In this document: one piece after another, positions 8,701-22,100 of the stretch
How the letters are laid out: each line of letters begins with the position of its first letter
Position numbering within the stretch: position 1 is the stretch's first letter
Source of the DNA: a bacterium
GTDB taxonomy: Bacteria; Hinthialibacterota; Hinthialibacteria; Hinthialibacterales; Hinthialibacteraceae
DNA: 64,000 nucleotides
Reading direction: 5' to 3'
Assembly: GCA_963662285.2 (NCBI GenBank)
Contig: CAXXMV010000002.1
Span: 1,408,001-1,472,000, forward strand
The notes under the pieces: model-generated
The model's database searches: none
What the model was told of the DNA's origin: nothing
Seen by the model: only the letters and a program-made list of their open reading frames with translations
Made by a program: the position numbers and the translations under genes

Positions 8701-10184
8701 GATTGTATGGCTATGCAGTCTGGCGTCTTGCGGACTTGTTCTTCCCAAAGATAGACGATTGTAAGGTTGTTAGGTTGATTGGCGCCTATACCTGAGAATT
8801 GGTTAATTATTTGGTTCTTTTCAGTATCTGTTATTATCTGTAATTGAGTAATTGGTTTTGAGGGATAATGTAGAATTTCATCTACTACTTTTCTGAAATG
8901 TCCTTCTATGCGTTGCATCTCCTCCTCTTCATAAACCCACTGGTTGTGATGAAGGGTAACGGTTATTTGTTCCCCGGCATGAACCAGAATTCCAAAATCA
9001 TAATGGGCCTGTTCTATGGATTCAACTGAATCCACGGTAAAACCAAGGGTTTCCCGGAGTGCACTCTCATTCGCATCCATGAACGAAGGGTAATTCTCGA
9101 ATACAAAAAGATGACCAAAATACTCTTGTTTATTACCATACAGAGATTGTATATCTGTTAAGGGTAGAAAATCCACATTGCAGAGTTGGATGGCTTCATT
9201 TTGTACTTGTTTAACCAAACCGGAAAATGCTTCTTGTTTCCGCCAATGAATCCGGATGGGAATTGTGTTAATAAACATTCCGACAAATTGGTTTATACCC
9301 TTAATTTCCGGGGGACGGCCGGAGACTACCGTTCCAAAGATTACATCATCTGTGTTGTTATAGTATCCAACCAGAATCCCCCAAATGCATTTGATTACAG
9401 TATTAAGCGTGACGCCTTGGTCTTGCGCAATTTTGATGATTTTTAAGGATAGATCATGAGAGAGTGAAAATGTATGCAAGGCAAGTTTATATTGCTGTGA
9501 TTTACTTACTTTTTTTAAATGAGGGACAATTGCTATTTCATTATAACTGGCTAAATAATCTTGCCAGACCTTTCTGGCGGATTCAAAATCTCGGGATTCC
9601 AGCCAATCCCAATAAGTATTGTAGGATAAAGTTTCTGTAGCGGCTGGTTCACGGCCATGTTTTAGTGATGAATAGATATCAACGAAATCGGATTGCAGTA
9701 GACTGCCCGACCATCCATCGAGAAGAAGATGACTATAACTCCAGATCATTTGGTAGCGTGAATCATCCAATCGATAAACCCGCACCCTTACTAAAGAATC
9801 ATTACGCAAATCAAAACCGCGACTGCGATCTTGTTGTTGTTCCCGCAATAAAACCTGATTCTGCTGAACTGGATCCAGTGCGCTTAGATCATCGAAAATA
9901 AATTCAACCGGGCGTTTGATTAAAATGAGTTGCAGAGGTTCCTTGGGATTTTTGGTGATAAATGATGATCTGAGCAACTCATGACGTTTTAGCAAAACAT
10001 CCCATGTTTGCTTACAAATATCCTGATCAAAATCTCCCTTTATCCGGTAGATGGTCTGGATAAAATAAGCCTGTGTTTCCGGATCAACCAGCAAATGGTA
10101 TAACATACCCTTCTGCGCTGATGTGAGTGGAAAAATGGATTGCGTATTTTCTTTAGTAATCATAGATTCAGTATTATTCGTCAT
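5733..10184 (-). CDS. Terminal NRPS: C-A(Tyr-like)-PCP-E-like domain, no TE
   Basis: C: WSYSHLLLDGWS. A: YTSGSTGIPKG and YGPTE, code read as DASTLAAVCK. PCP: LGGDSL. E-like: HHCATDAVS, SGHGRQ and RTVGWFT. ATG 10184 overlaps the upstream stop. Confidence 0.93.
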   Translation of the reverse strand: MTNNTESMITKENTQSIFPLTSAQKGMLYHLLVDPETQAYFIQTIYRIKGDFDQDICKQTWDVLLKRHELLRSSFITKNPKEPLQLILIKRPVEFIFDDLSALDPVQQNQVLLREQQQDRSRGFDLRNDSLVRVRVYRLDDSRYQMIWSYSHLLLDGWSGSLLQSDFVDIYSSLKHGREPAATETLSYNTYWDWLESRDFESARKVWQDYLASYNEIAIVPHLKKVSKSQQYKLALHTFSLSHDLSLKIIKIAQDQGVTLNTVIKCIWGILVGYYNNTDDVIFGTVVSGRPPEIKGINQFVGMFINTIPIRIHWRKQEAFSGLVKQVQNEAIQLCNVDFLPLTDIQSLYGNKQEYFGHLFVFENYPSFMDANESALRETLGFTVDSVESIEQAHYDFGILVHAGEQITVTLHHNQWVYEEEEMQRIEGHFRKVVDEILHYPSKPITQLQIITDTEKNQIINQFSGIGANQPNNLTIVYLWEEQVRKTPDCIAIQSESQSLTYAQVNQSANQIAHHLIHQYGLKKEEFAAVFFPQNEWLIISLLAIMKAGGAYLPLDAGYPEERINFILQDSGCRLILSSSELSPLLNVSKHCQIIDPASINNNIQTNIPNKIDENNLAYIIYTSGSTGIPKGVLIEHGAFINMIREQIRVFGIKDQDRILQAASCAFDASLSEIFMTLLSGSILVLLPSRIKEDITLLHDYITEQNISVMTFPPSLLNAFEKAEFPTLRVMLTAGEAVNIEDALHYRDSCRFFNAYGPTENSVCTCMQPVHPDKEYPYGIPIGFPLANINVFIVDRFLRPAPIGAPGEICISGKSLARGYLNRPEINDEKFLNIELTEKNDINIITKSNRRLYRSGDVGRWLPDGSIDFIGRIDSQVKIRGYRIELGELEACLMKHQAVREAVAIVNQQQNGIIACCVLNDQVDEQTLRIFMKKRIPHYMIPSKIIFLPAIPLTSNGKVDRKQLFKQVYQELCAFNETLLPQNQLQKSIADVWSEVLNNGKVSINQSFFDLGGDSLKAIQVVNRLRKQKIHIRLRDLIEFETITKISENLKQSAPVTNGFYSKNPVPLTPIQQSFFDHSEEHHRNLCHIYSLRTIQRLNEDALNQTLNAILDHHDALRMQFIWNHDSIMQQPVQLNGLCQIEKVDLMQNHGAITSLKQTIEEQYCNFDLSQPPFLKAVLFRLPDCDVLSLIIHHCATDAVSGGILLDDWIEAYQQILDHKSVQLPPPTSSYFQWADQLQHYSKGQITEQEINYWRKIDDAHSSNIPCDFDTGAMLYGQTDVVSLQLSKNETADFLNHSPKKNALVGLLAALSSTLGQWLDGSTIRITLSGHGRQHLIEDIDVSRTVGWFTANYPFLLNVEERKESIHQRLMDVPGGGIGYGLLHYFPSHSNEHLDAEENQPQISVNYIGEISTQLPNTDVSCINDLCFASIDRSFKSSSLLAIEAMIIDGQLEIGFRYHQTFHKPDTIKRFVGLFKDDLSNKQ

Positions 10185-13100
10185 CAAAAATATCGTCAAG
10201 ATCATCAGGATCGAGGTTCACACGGGATATATATGGCTGTTCAATTTCCTTACCAGGTGTTTCTGAAGACGCGTTTAAGGGTTTTATTATGGATGCAAAA
10301 GATTCTATGGTTGGATGTAAAAACAGGTCTTGTATTTCAGCCTGATAACCAGTTTCATTAAGTTTGGTAATTATTTGAATAGCCTGAATAGAATCTCCTC
10401 CTATTTCAAAAAAGCGCTGTCTGACGCCAATTTGGGTTTTGCCCATTATTGTCATCCAAATTTTTTGTATTGTTTCCTGTAAAGCATTTTCCGGTGGATC
10501 AAGTTTTTGTTCGCCATGTTGAAGAGAGATTTCATAAGTAAGAAGTTTCTTGCTATCGATTTTTCCATTAGGAAGCAGGGGTAACTGGTCTATCTGTAAA
10601 CCTATGGCAGGAATCATATAATCCGGCAGCGTCCGCCCCAGATCAGAACGAACCTTATGCCATTCTATATCTTGCTCAGATACATAATACGCAGCTAGTT
10701 CTTTGGTCAATTGTTGATTCTCTTTGACAACAACTGCTGCATGCATCATGTTTGGATACGACAAAATGGCTTGCTCGATTTCTGAAAGTTCCACCCGGTA
10801 TCCACGTATTTTAATTTGATTATCCATACGCCCTAAAAACTCAAGATTTCCATCCGCATGCAAACAGCCCACGTCGCCGGTTTTGTATAAACGATGATTT
10901 TTTTGATATGGATGAGGAACAAACGTTTTACGATTCAGTTCATCTTTATTGATATATCCATGCGCCAATCCGACTCCGGCAACGCAGATTTCTCCAGGGA
11001 TTCCTATAGGGGCAATATTACCATAACTGTCAAGAATCAAAATTTGAAAGTTCCTGATGGGCTTTCCTATGGGCAAGGCGCCGTTAAGTGATTCGCTTGC
11101 ACCAAATTTATAGTAAGAAGCGCAGATAGTGGTTTCCGTCGGGCCATAGGCGTTTATGTATTGCAGATGTTTTGAAAAGCGGCGGACATCTTCCTGGCGT
11201 GGAGGTTCACCAGCAGTTATCAATATTCGCAGGGATGATAAATCTTCTAATGATAAACCAGTAACATAAGTTGGAGGAAGAGTGGCGATTGAGACCTGAT
11301 GTTTTTTCAGGTAGGCGCTTAATCTAGCCGTATTCTGAATGTAATGTTGTTGAGCAATAACCAGACAGGCGCCCTGCATCAGAGCCATACTCATCTCCCA
11401 GACCGAGGCATCGAATGACATTGAGGCGAATTGTAAAACATTATCTGATGGTTTAACGCCAATGCCTTCGCGGTGTTCATAACATAAATTGACAGCGCCC
11501 CGATGTTCCAGTTGCACTCCTTTGGGCTTCCCTGTTGAACCGGATGTATAAATTATATATGCCAGATCATCGCCTGATATAGCATATTTTTTGTAAGCGG
11601 AATCTGCATCATGAATTTCTGTAATAGGAACGACTTTTTTCGCAATGTCATTCCATTCATTCTTCTGAGTTTCATCGGTTAGAACTAATGAACAATCGGA
11701 ATCCTTGATCATGTATGCTATCCGTCGGGCGGGATATGAAAGATCAAATGGAACATATACGCAACCCGCTTTTAATATCCCGATCCAGGCAATCACAACC
11801 CATTCGGAACGCTCCATCAGAACGCCGATCCGTTCGCCTTTTTTAACGCCCCATTGGTCATGGATGCAATTGGCAAGTTGATTGGTTAGTTTATCCAATT
11901 GCGCGTAAGTCAATTGATGTTCATCGCAAATGACGGCAATTGAATCGGGACTGGATTTTACCCATTCCTTAAACATATCCACTAGCATTACATCCGGGGA
12001 TAATGACGCCGAATCGATATTTGGTTGATCAAAAATCTGTTTACGCTCTATACCGGGTATAATTGAGAACTGGTTTATGGATTTAGTATGGTTTGTCAAA
12101 ACATCGTTCAATAATTCATTGAAATGTTCACTCATTCGCTTTATTCGATCAGGCTTAAACAAATCCGTATTATATTCAATTCTGAATGATATAGTTCCAT
12201 CCGGGTTCTCTTCAAAAATATATGCAATTGTAAAACGGCTCACCGCACAGGAAAATTCAAACTCCTGGACATGTATGCCATCAATATTTATTGCAGGTGA
12301 ATCGAAATTTTGATAAACCAGCATAACTTCTACAATAGGAGGTCGGCTCATATCCCGTTCCGGAGCGATATCATCCACAATTTTATCAAAAGGATAAATT
12401 GAGTGTTCCAGGGCTTCGGTTATGGTTTGTTTTATTTGCGAGAATGTATCTGCGAATGTATGCTGTCCATCGAGTTCATCAGCCAGAATCAGGGTATTTA
12501 CATAAAACCCGATTTGATTTTCAAACTCCAATTGATCTCTGCCCGCAACAGGAGAACCTATAACAATGTTTTTTTGAGATGTATAGCGGAAAAGCAAAAT
12601 TTTGATCAAGCAAACCATTCCCATATATAAACTGCCATCTAAATCCAGACAAATCCTGCGGAATTTATCAACTATATCAGCGGAAATGATGGAAGACGCT
12701 GTATCACCGTTAAACGTCTGTATTGGCGGGCGGGTGTAATCCAGTGGAAGATCAATGGTCGACAAGCGCTTCTCTAATTTGTCGTTCCAATATTTTTGAT
12801 GGGCATACACTTTCTCACTGGCAAGGTAGGCATTTTGCCACCCGGCATAATCCTTATATTGAAAATGCAGTGGAGGAAGATCAGGTTGAACTCCCTGACG
12901 GCATTTTTCATATATGGAAAACAATTCCTGTGATAATACGGCGACCGACCATCCATCAAAAACAATATGATGGATATTAAAAAACAGTATCCATGAATCT
13001 TTTTTTAATTGCAAAAGAAGGACGCGCAACAGTGGGCCGGTTGATAGATCAAAGGGTTTTGCTGCATCATTAGAACAAATTGATTGTGCTTCATTTTCGG

Positions 13101-16100
13101 GATTAGGAACATCAGTCAGATCTACGGTAGTTATGGCGAAATCCATTTTATCATGAACTACCTGTCTTACATTTTTCCCTTCATTCTTGAATGTTGTTCT
13201 TAAGATTTCATGCCGTTGGATCAGCATATTGAAAGCGGTTTGTAGAGCGGTTGCATCCATTTTTCCTTCGCATCGCAATGCGCCTGGAATATTATAAGCC
13301 TTGGCGTCTATTTCCATCTGATCCAGAATCCACAATCGCAATTGAGCATGCGAAACAGCGTAATCGGGCTGAGTGGGCAACACTTGAATGGATGATTCCG
13401 TCTGTTGAATCTGACTTTGAATGAACTCCGCCATTTTTTTTATGGTGGCTCGTTCAAAAAATGTTTTGATACGGACTTCCACATCAAAGAAACTGTTGAT
13501 CCGTGAAATCAACCTTATAGCCTTAAGTGAATTACCGCCGATTGATAAGAAGGGAGTTTCGACGCCGATGCGTCCCAGACCCAGAACCTGTTTCCATAAT
13601 TTTTCGAGTTCTTCTTCAGTTTTATTGGTTGGCGGCTTATATTCAAACCGATCATAAACCAAGGCATCAGGCTTTGGCAAAGATTTCATATCGATTTTGC
13701 CGTTTAAGTTCAACGGAAAACGATCCAGCGGAATCAGGAATTCAGGAATAAAAATGGAGGGGAGATGATCTTGGAGAAAATTTTTCAGGTCATCTATATC
13801 AACCGGGTTCTTTACTGTGTAATAGCATGTCAGCGCACTATCTTTACTATTCCGTTTGTGCAGTATGGAGAAGGCCTGATTTATATCAGGATATTTCATT
13901 ACGGCTTCGTCTATCTCCACTAATTCAATCCGCACTCCGGCTATTTTAACTTGTCGATCAAGACGACCCAGTATCTCAATGTCGCCATTGGTATGCAGAC
14001 GCCCCAGGTCTCCGGTGGTATAAATAATATCTGCTGGATTTTTAGTGATGGGGTTAGGAATGAATTTCTGCGCCGTCATTTTAGGATTTTTATAGAATCC
14101 CTTACATGCAAAGGGCGGTTGAATGCAAATCTCGCCAATTTCTCCGACAGCGGCCTGATGTCCATTCTTAAGTATATATACCTTGGTTCCAGTAATAGGT
14201 TTTCCTACATAGACCATCTTATTAGGTTCATTTACAGGGGTGGAAATTCGATGGAAAAATTTTGCCAAAGTGGTTTCGGATGGACCATAAATGTTTACGC
14301 ATAGGATTTCATTGCCGAAAGTGCGTAGAGCGCTTTCTACATCTCTTCCAAATAGAGGTTCTCCGGCAAAAAAGATATAGCGCAAATCCGGTAATTGATC
14401 TGTTTTTCCTGCAATGCCTGCATCCTGGATTAAAAGCCGGAAAAAGCCCGGTACGATATGAGTCGCGCTAATTCTCTTTTGCTTGAACCATTCGAATAAT
14501 AGGTGGAAATTTTCCCTTTGGTTTTTTGTAGGAATGCATACCTCGCCGCCGCTTAATAGCGGTAGAAAAATATCACGTAGACTGACATCAAACATAGTGG
14601 TTGATAGATTGCTTACCCGGATATCCGAACCGATGTTGAATTCCTTAATCTGCCATTTAATAAAGTGAGTCAAACCTTCATGAGTTCCGAGAATCGCTTT
14701 TGGTTCGCCGGTTGATCCTGATGAGAATAATATGTATATCGAGTCTTGCGGTGATGGACGTTCTTCCAGAGAAATGTCTTTTGTTTCACTAATTTTGATA
14801 TCAGATTTTGAATTACTTACATAATCATGCAGCATACATAAATCAGGAGTTTTAATTACTAGAATTTTTTTTGGGCGATAAGATATCTTGGGAAGCAGTT
14901 CTAAGAGATGTTGATATTGATCATTATTTGTGACGATGATTCTGGCTTCAATCAAATCAAGAATTGTTTCCAAACGTTTAATTGGAACATCCGGATTAAT
15001 GGGCGCAAACACTCCACAACTTTTTTGAATAGCGATAATAGCAGCGATATAATCCGCCCCGTTGCCCATAAAGACGGCGATATTGCTTTCTCTACGGCAG
15101 CCAGCCTTTTTAAGAGCCTTGGCGACAAAAGATGAATGGTCGTCTAATTGTTGATAAGATATTTCTTGTTTATCATCATCAATCGCAATTGAATCGGGCG
15201 ATAGTTTCACCTGCTTTTCAAATAAATCCAGCAGGATTTCTGTTTTTGACTCATCTTCGGGAATAATATTATCATCTTGAATAAGTGTAGTATCTGGTTT
15301 TTCAGACAGGTCAAGATTTTGAATATTAAAATGTTCACTCTCTAAAATACAGGAAATTAGAGTTCGTAAATGTGATTCAATTCTGATCGCATCTTCTTTT
15401 GTGAATACATTAGTATTTACTGAAAATTTGATTTCTATTTCATCTTTGGGGTGAATCACGATACTGAAATCATAATTCATCTGTTCATGGGATCGGAGGT
15501 TACTCATCACAAATCCCAGAGGATCATCTTCAGGCTGGTTTACATATTCAGGCTCAGGATAGTTTTCAAAGACTATCAAATGGTTAATCAATTCGTTATG
15601 CAGATTGGTGCAAGCCATGATATCTGCTATGGGATAATATTGATGAAGGAAGCAATCCAGTATACTGGTCTGCACATTATGCAATAATTCATTAAATGTT
15701 TTTACTGTATTAACTTTTATTCGGATAGGAATAGTTTGCAGAAATAAGCCAACTATGTTATCCACGCCCTCAATTTGCGCAGGGCGGCCAGATAGTACAA
15801 TCCCAAAGACGCATTCATCAGCATTGTTATAGCGGGATAATAACACTGCCCATGCGGTTTGAAAGACGGTGCTTAGTGTCGCTTGATTTCGTTGAGCGAA
15901 ATTACATAGTTTAGTACTCTGATCTTTGGGTAAGGTGAAGATGTGTTCTTGTACTTGATAATTACTGCTTGATGAAGTTGATTGGCCGCCCGGAACATAA
16001 GATGGCGCCGTTACGCCATCAAGATATTTGCGCCAAAAAATTCGTGATGGTTCCATATCCTGTTTTTGAAGCCATCTGATAAAATCCTGATAAGGTTTAA

Positions 16101-19100
16101 CTGCTGGAAGTTCTGCTTTAACGCAGCTTTTCCTTTGCCGGTAAAGAGCAACAAATTCTTCATGCAGAATTGCGACCGACCATCCATCCAATACAATGTG
16201 ATGATGACTCCATACGATTTCAAAGCAACTTTCTGTAAGTTGCAATATGGTAAATCTCATCAAAGGACCGCGATTAAGATCAAAGAACCTATTGCGGTCT
16301 TCTATCTGGGATTGTTTAACCCTGTCAGCGGCCTGAGTTGGCGTCAATGACCGTAAGTCTTCAAACAGAAATTCGCATTCCATCTTTTTGATAACAACTT
16401 GCATCGGTTCAGGGACGCGATCATAAATAAACACAGTCCGTAGTACGGGGTGACGATCGACCAGATCGTTCCAACAGTCAATAAATATATCTTTATCAAA
16501 TTGTCCATTAATGGAAAAGTTGAACTGTACGAAATAGGATTTAGCGCCTTCTTCGCTCATGGCGTGGAAAAGCATACCTTCTTGCAGCGGCGACATGGGA
16601 AGAATATCGTCTACATCTTCAAGGCTAAAACCGTAGACCTTAAGCGCCCGTTCTAAATCACTGGTAGATAAATCCCAATATTCAAATGAAGGAGAGGATT
16701 GGATAAAATGACCATCGCTGGAACGCGCTGTTTCAAGAATTTGTTTAAGTTTAGCGGTAAACAAATTCAGCAGATTGGTTATTGATTCCCGGCGATGTAT
16801 ATTTTTATTGTAGGCCATAGATAAAGAGAATCGCTTCTCATCTACCGCACTATTAATTTCCAACAAAAAGAGCCGCTCCAACTGCTGACCGCAATCTTCT
16901 CCCGTGGTTTCATCTGAAATAGAGAAATGCTCATTATCAACATCATCAAACTGTCCTAGATAATTGAAAACCACATCCCATGTGGAGTGAATTTTGAATT
17001 CCTGTTTGGATAATGCAGAAGCTGCGTATCTGAGAATACCATAGCCGATTCCATTATTGGGTATTCTACGCAATGTATCTTGCACTGACTGGACAGACTC
17101 TGTAAAACCGCTGCAATGACTTACATTGAATATCACCGGATACAACGCCGTGAACCATCCAATGGTGCGGTTAATATTAACTGGAGGATTTATCGGCGCC
17201 CGCCCATGCCCCTCTAAAAAGAGACGCATGCAATCCTGGTTAGTCCATTCCTGCATGGCGAGAACAAAAGCGGTTAATAGAATTTCAACAGTTTGAGTCT
17301 GATATACCTGGTTGGCCTTTGTCAATAGAAGAGATGTTTCTTCTTCTGACAAGGACATTTCAATTTTCTCTTCGTCTGCATATCGATTACTCGCGCAGGC
17401 GAAATCTACTGGAATTGACTTGACGTTTTGGCTTTCCTGGCTGTTCCAATACGGAATCTCCTGCAATTGCGTTTCGCTTTGAGAATACATTTGCAAAGCA
17501 GCCGCCCATTGCGAATATGAATCAGAAGTGAAACCTAAAGCCAGTTTTTTATTATGGAGAAGTTGTTCATACCCCATAATGAAATCACCCAACAACACGC
17601 GCCACGAAACGCCGTCAATAATTAAGTGATGCATCACAAAAAAGAGCCGGTCGCCATCAGGCATATGGTAATATATAATCTTGACAAGGGGGCCTTTCGC
17701 TAAATCAAACTGGCTCTGCATGTCGCTTGCGTGGGTTTGCATTTGCTGCAATGCATTTTGCGCATCCCTAAAATCGACCTCTATAAAACAAGAGTCCAGG
17801 TCAAATGCAGTAAGAGTTGGTTTGATTGATCCATCGACCAGAGGATACGTCATCCTCAAAGATTCATGTTGCGAGAGCAATTCCTTAATAACAGTTTTAA
17901 TTATTTTCAGGTCTATGGTTTTTTTGGTTTTCAATAAGACGGATTGATTGAAATGATGTAAGTCGGAAGAGTGCGATTCAAAAAACCAATGCTGAATAGG
18001 AGACAATGCATCTTGGTCATAGGATAATGGTTTTGCTTCAATTTTAGTAGTAATTTGTAAATGGGTTGCAAGTACCGCGATGGACGGATATTTAAACAAT
18101 GTTTTAATATCAAAAGCAATTCCTTCCTGATATAATTTGGTCTGGATCAGAATGGCCTTGATGGAGTCGCCGCCCAGATTGAAGAAATTATCATTCCGGC
18201 TTACCTGTTTGACGCCTAAAACAGCAGCCCACACTTTTTCCAGAACTTGCTCTGTTGCAGATTGAGGAGCGCTATATTGGCGTCCATCAGCGTCAGTCAA
18301 GTCTTCAGGAACAGGCAGGTTTTTAATATCGATTTTACCATTAGAGGTTATAGGGAAATCATCGACTTGAACAAAATATGATGGAATCATGTAGTAGGGG
18401 ATAATATCGCTAAGGTAATCACGCAATACCTTTGAATCAATCTTTTCCACTGAGGTGTAATAGGCGATTAATTCATCTGTACCTACATTGTTTTTCCTGG
18501 CCGATACGAATGATTTTTCTATTACCGGATGAGTCTGCATAGCCGTTTGAATTTCGCCCGGTTCGATCCGGAAGCCGCGCACCTGGACTTGATGATCATT
18601 TCGCCCGATATATTCAATCACGTCATCGGCTAAACAACGCGCCATATCTCCGCTTTTATACAAACGCTCATTCTGGTTGAAAGGGCTTTGAATAAAACGT
18701 TCACAGGTTAAATCCGGCGCATGTAAGTACCCCAAGCCAACGCCTGATCCACCGATATACATTTCTCCGGCGACTCCTATGGGTTGTTGATTCATATTGG
18801 CGTCGCAGATATAGATGCTGGTTTCCGGCAGGGGGCGCCCGATCAGGCTTCGTCCATCCGGCTGAGAAATATCTCTATCTTTGATTCTATAATAACTAAC
18901 ATGTACAGTGGTTTCGGTAATGCCATACATGTTGATCAAAGCTATGCGCTTCAGGGGATAATGGCAAACCCACTTTTGCAGCGATGAAGGATCCAACCGA
19001 TCCCCGCCAAAAATAACATAGCGTAGATGATCGCATAATTGATGAGCCTCCTGTTGATCTTCCACATCAATCAGATTACGGAATGCGGCTGGAGTTTGAT

Positions 19101-22100
19101 TGAGAACCGTCACTTGATGTTGTTTGATTAGAGCCAGAAATTTTTGGGTATCACGTACATCTTCTTTTTGAGCGACAACCACTTTGCCGCCATATAACAA
19201 TGCGCCATACATCTCCCATACGGAAAAATCGAAACAGAAAGAATGGGCGATAATCCAGACATCACTTTCGCAGAAGTCAAAATCATGCCGCCCATTCTTC
19301 ATCAAGCGAACCACATTACGATGGGAAATCATGCAGCCCTTAGGCTTGCCTGTTGAACCGGATGTATAAATCACATAAGCATTGGCATCCATATCAACTG
19401 GGATAGAAGGGTTGTCGGTATTTTTACTATCCAAGGTAGAAAGCGCAACCATCTTGCGCCTAATGGATGATGAATAACTATCAAGTTCCATCACATCCGT
19501 TATGATAACTGCGCATTGCGAATGCTCAAAAATATACTCCAACCGCGCAGCGGGATAATCCGGGTCCATGGGGACATAGGTTCCACCTGCTTTTAAGATG
19601 CCTAGGAAAACCGCAATAGCCTGTTCGGAACGGTTTAAGAGTCCACCGATGCGGTCGCCGGATCTAACGCTATGAGACTCAATAAGAGCATGAGCGATAG
19701 CGTTGGCCTTTTGATTCAGTTGCTGATATGTTAAAGATTTTTCACCGCAAACAACAGCGATGCGCTCAGGAGTTTTGCATGCCTGTTCTTCAAACAAGGC
19801 GGTTATATTTTTATCAGATGGGTAGTCAGCAGCGGTCTGGTTCAGCGCTGCAATAGATTCTATCTCCCGCCCGGAGCGTACATCTATTGTGAAGAGTGGC
19901 CGGTCTGGATCACTGGTTACCAGTTCAAGTATCTGTACGAAATATTCAGACCAGCGCTGGATGGTTGGTTGCTTGAACAGCTGAGCGGCGTAAATAAAAT
20001 GCAACGACAGTTGATCGGCGTCTTCGTACATATCCAAGTAGAAATCAAACATAGCTGTATCGCTATGAACATGATGATCGGTGAACGTCAAATCCTTGAT
20101 GCGGAAAGCCCGATCATCCGTTTTTTCATAAGCCAACATGGTATCAAAAATGGCATTCAAATGTTTGGGACGGTCGCCATTCATTTTCTCAGCCATCTTT
20201 TCAAATGGGTAATCCTGGTTATCATACGATCTGGAACATGCTTCTTTCACCTGTAAGAGAAACTCAGCAAAGGTATTCTTACCATCAATCCGGGTACGGG
20301 CGATAATAGAATTGACGAACATACCAACTGTTTTAGATAACCTGGCATCCAGCCGCCCTGATGCAGGCATCCCTACCAGCAAATCTTCCTGCTGCGTCAG
20401 TTTGTAAAGCAGAATCTTATAACAGGCCAGTAGTACCATGTACATGGAAACGCCATTGGTTCTGGCTAGATTGTTTAGTTTATCTTTCAGTCCTTTGGGG
20501 ATTTCCCGGAAAATCATACTGCCGGAATAATCAAACTCCTGAGGACGCGCAAAGTCGGTTGGTAAATTCAAAACCGGCAACGGCGCGGCGAGCGTCTCTT
20601 GCCAGAAAGCCTCCTGCTGCTGGTATGCTGCGCTATCTTGCCATTCATCCAGAATCTTCACGCCATCAGAATATTGATATTCAACCGGCTGCAAAGCGAC
20701 GCCTTGATACAAAGACATCAATTCCGTAGCCATGACGGTAAACGAAATTCCATCCAGCGCAATATGATGAGCATCACCGAGCAATAGATGTCTGGTTTCA
20801 CTTACCTTCAATAAAGCAATGCGCAACAGGGGAACTTTGCTCAAATCGAAAGGCCGGATAAAGGAGCGTATGTTTTGATCAATGCTCTCTTCGGTTGAGT
20901 CGATTCGTTCAATCGAAAAGCGCGGCTCGCCTCCCACATATTGAACCCACTCGCCTTCCATCCACAGAAAGCGGGTGCGAAGGCTATCGTGCCGCCGGAT
21001 TATTTCGGCAAAACCGTCTTCCAACAGGTCTACATCCAATGGACCATCGATCCAGAAAGCCTGGGTGATATGATAAGCCAACTCGCCGCCCGGTCTCTGA
21101 GCCATGGCAATCATGCGGCGTTGTACTGAGGTTATAGGATAAAATTGATTTGATGCGCTTTCAGTTTTAATATATTCAAATCCGTTGGCGCGGATTTCGT
21201 ATATGGACTGCTTGATAGCATTTTCGATCAACGCAATATCTTCATTACTATGGGCTGTGGATATGAAATTGATGCGCCGTTCCCAGGCGTACACGCCTTT
21301 CATCAGCATTAAGAGGAATAGGATTTCCATCTCAAGAGGTTGATTATCATTGATACCCACAGGAACCAGGCGCCATTGTGAGGCGAAGAATTGCGCTCTT
21401 ATTGGAACCTGCTCTTTTTCAAAGAAATAATTTAAGGATAAACATAAACGCCCGGTTTTCTGGTTCAACTCTTCTTGTAGTGCAGGGCCTTTTTTTTGGA
21501 GTTCACTCAGAACCGCATAGGCGCCAGCCATACTCATAGGGTTGCGGGCGAAGGTTCCACCAAAGAAAATCATATCAGCATGAGGGCCGGATTGATCGCC
21601 ATATTGCCAGTATCCGCCATCAATATAATCCATATACCTGGCTTTTCCCGCAATAATGCCGACGGGCAATCCTCCCCCGGCGATTTTACCATAGGTTATA
21701 ATATCGGCCTGTACGCCAAACCAGGCTTGCGCTCCTCCCGCATGGATGCGAAAACCATTTATCATCTCGTCAAAAATCAGAGCAGCGTTGCATCTCTCGG
21801 TTATTCTTCTTAATTTGCGCAGAAACAGTTGCGGTTGTAAATCCGGGTTCCGGCTTTGAACCGGTTCTACCAGGACTGCGGCCAGTTCATCTTTCAAGCC
21901 TTCTATGATGGACAAAGATTCAGCGCTGTCATAATCCAGTAGAACCAGATTCTCAATCATGCCGACCGGGGTGCCAACGCTAAAGGGAACCAGTCCGTCT
22001 TCAGTTTCTGTCGCCAGTACGCCGTCAAATATCCCATGATAGGAATTCTTAAATAGTACAACAGTATTTTTCCCAGTGGCGGCGCGCGCCAGACGGATGG

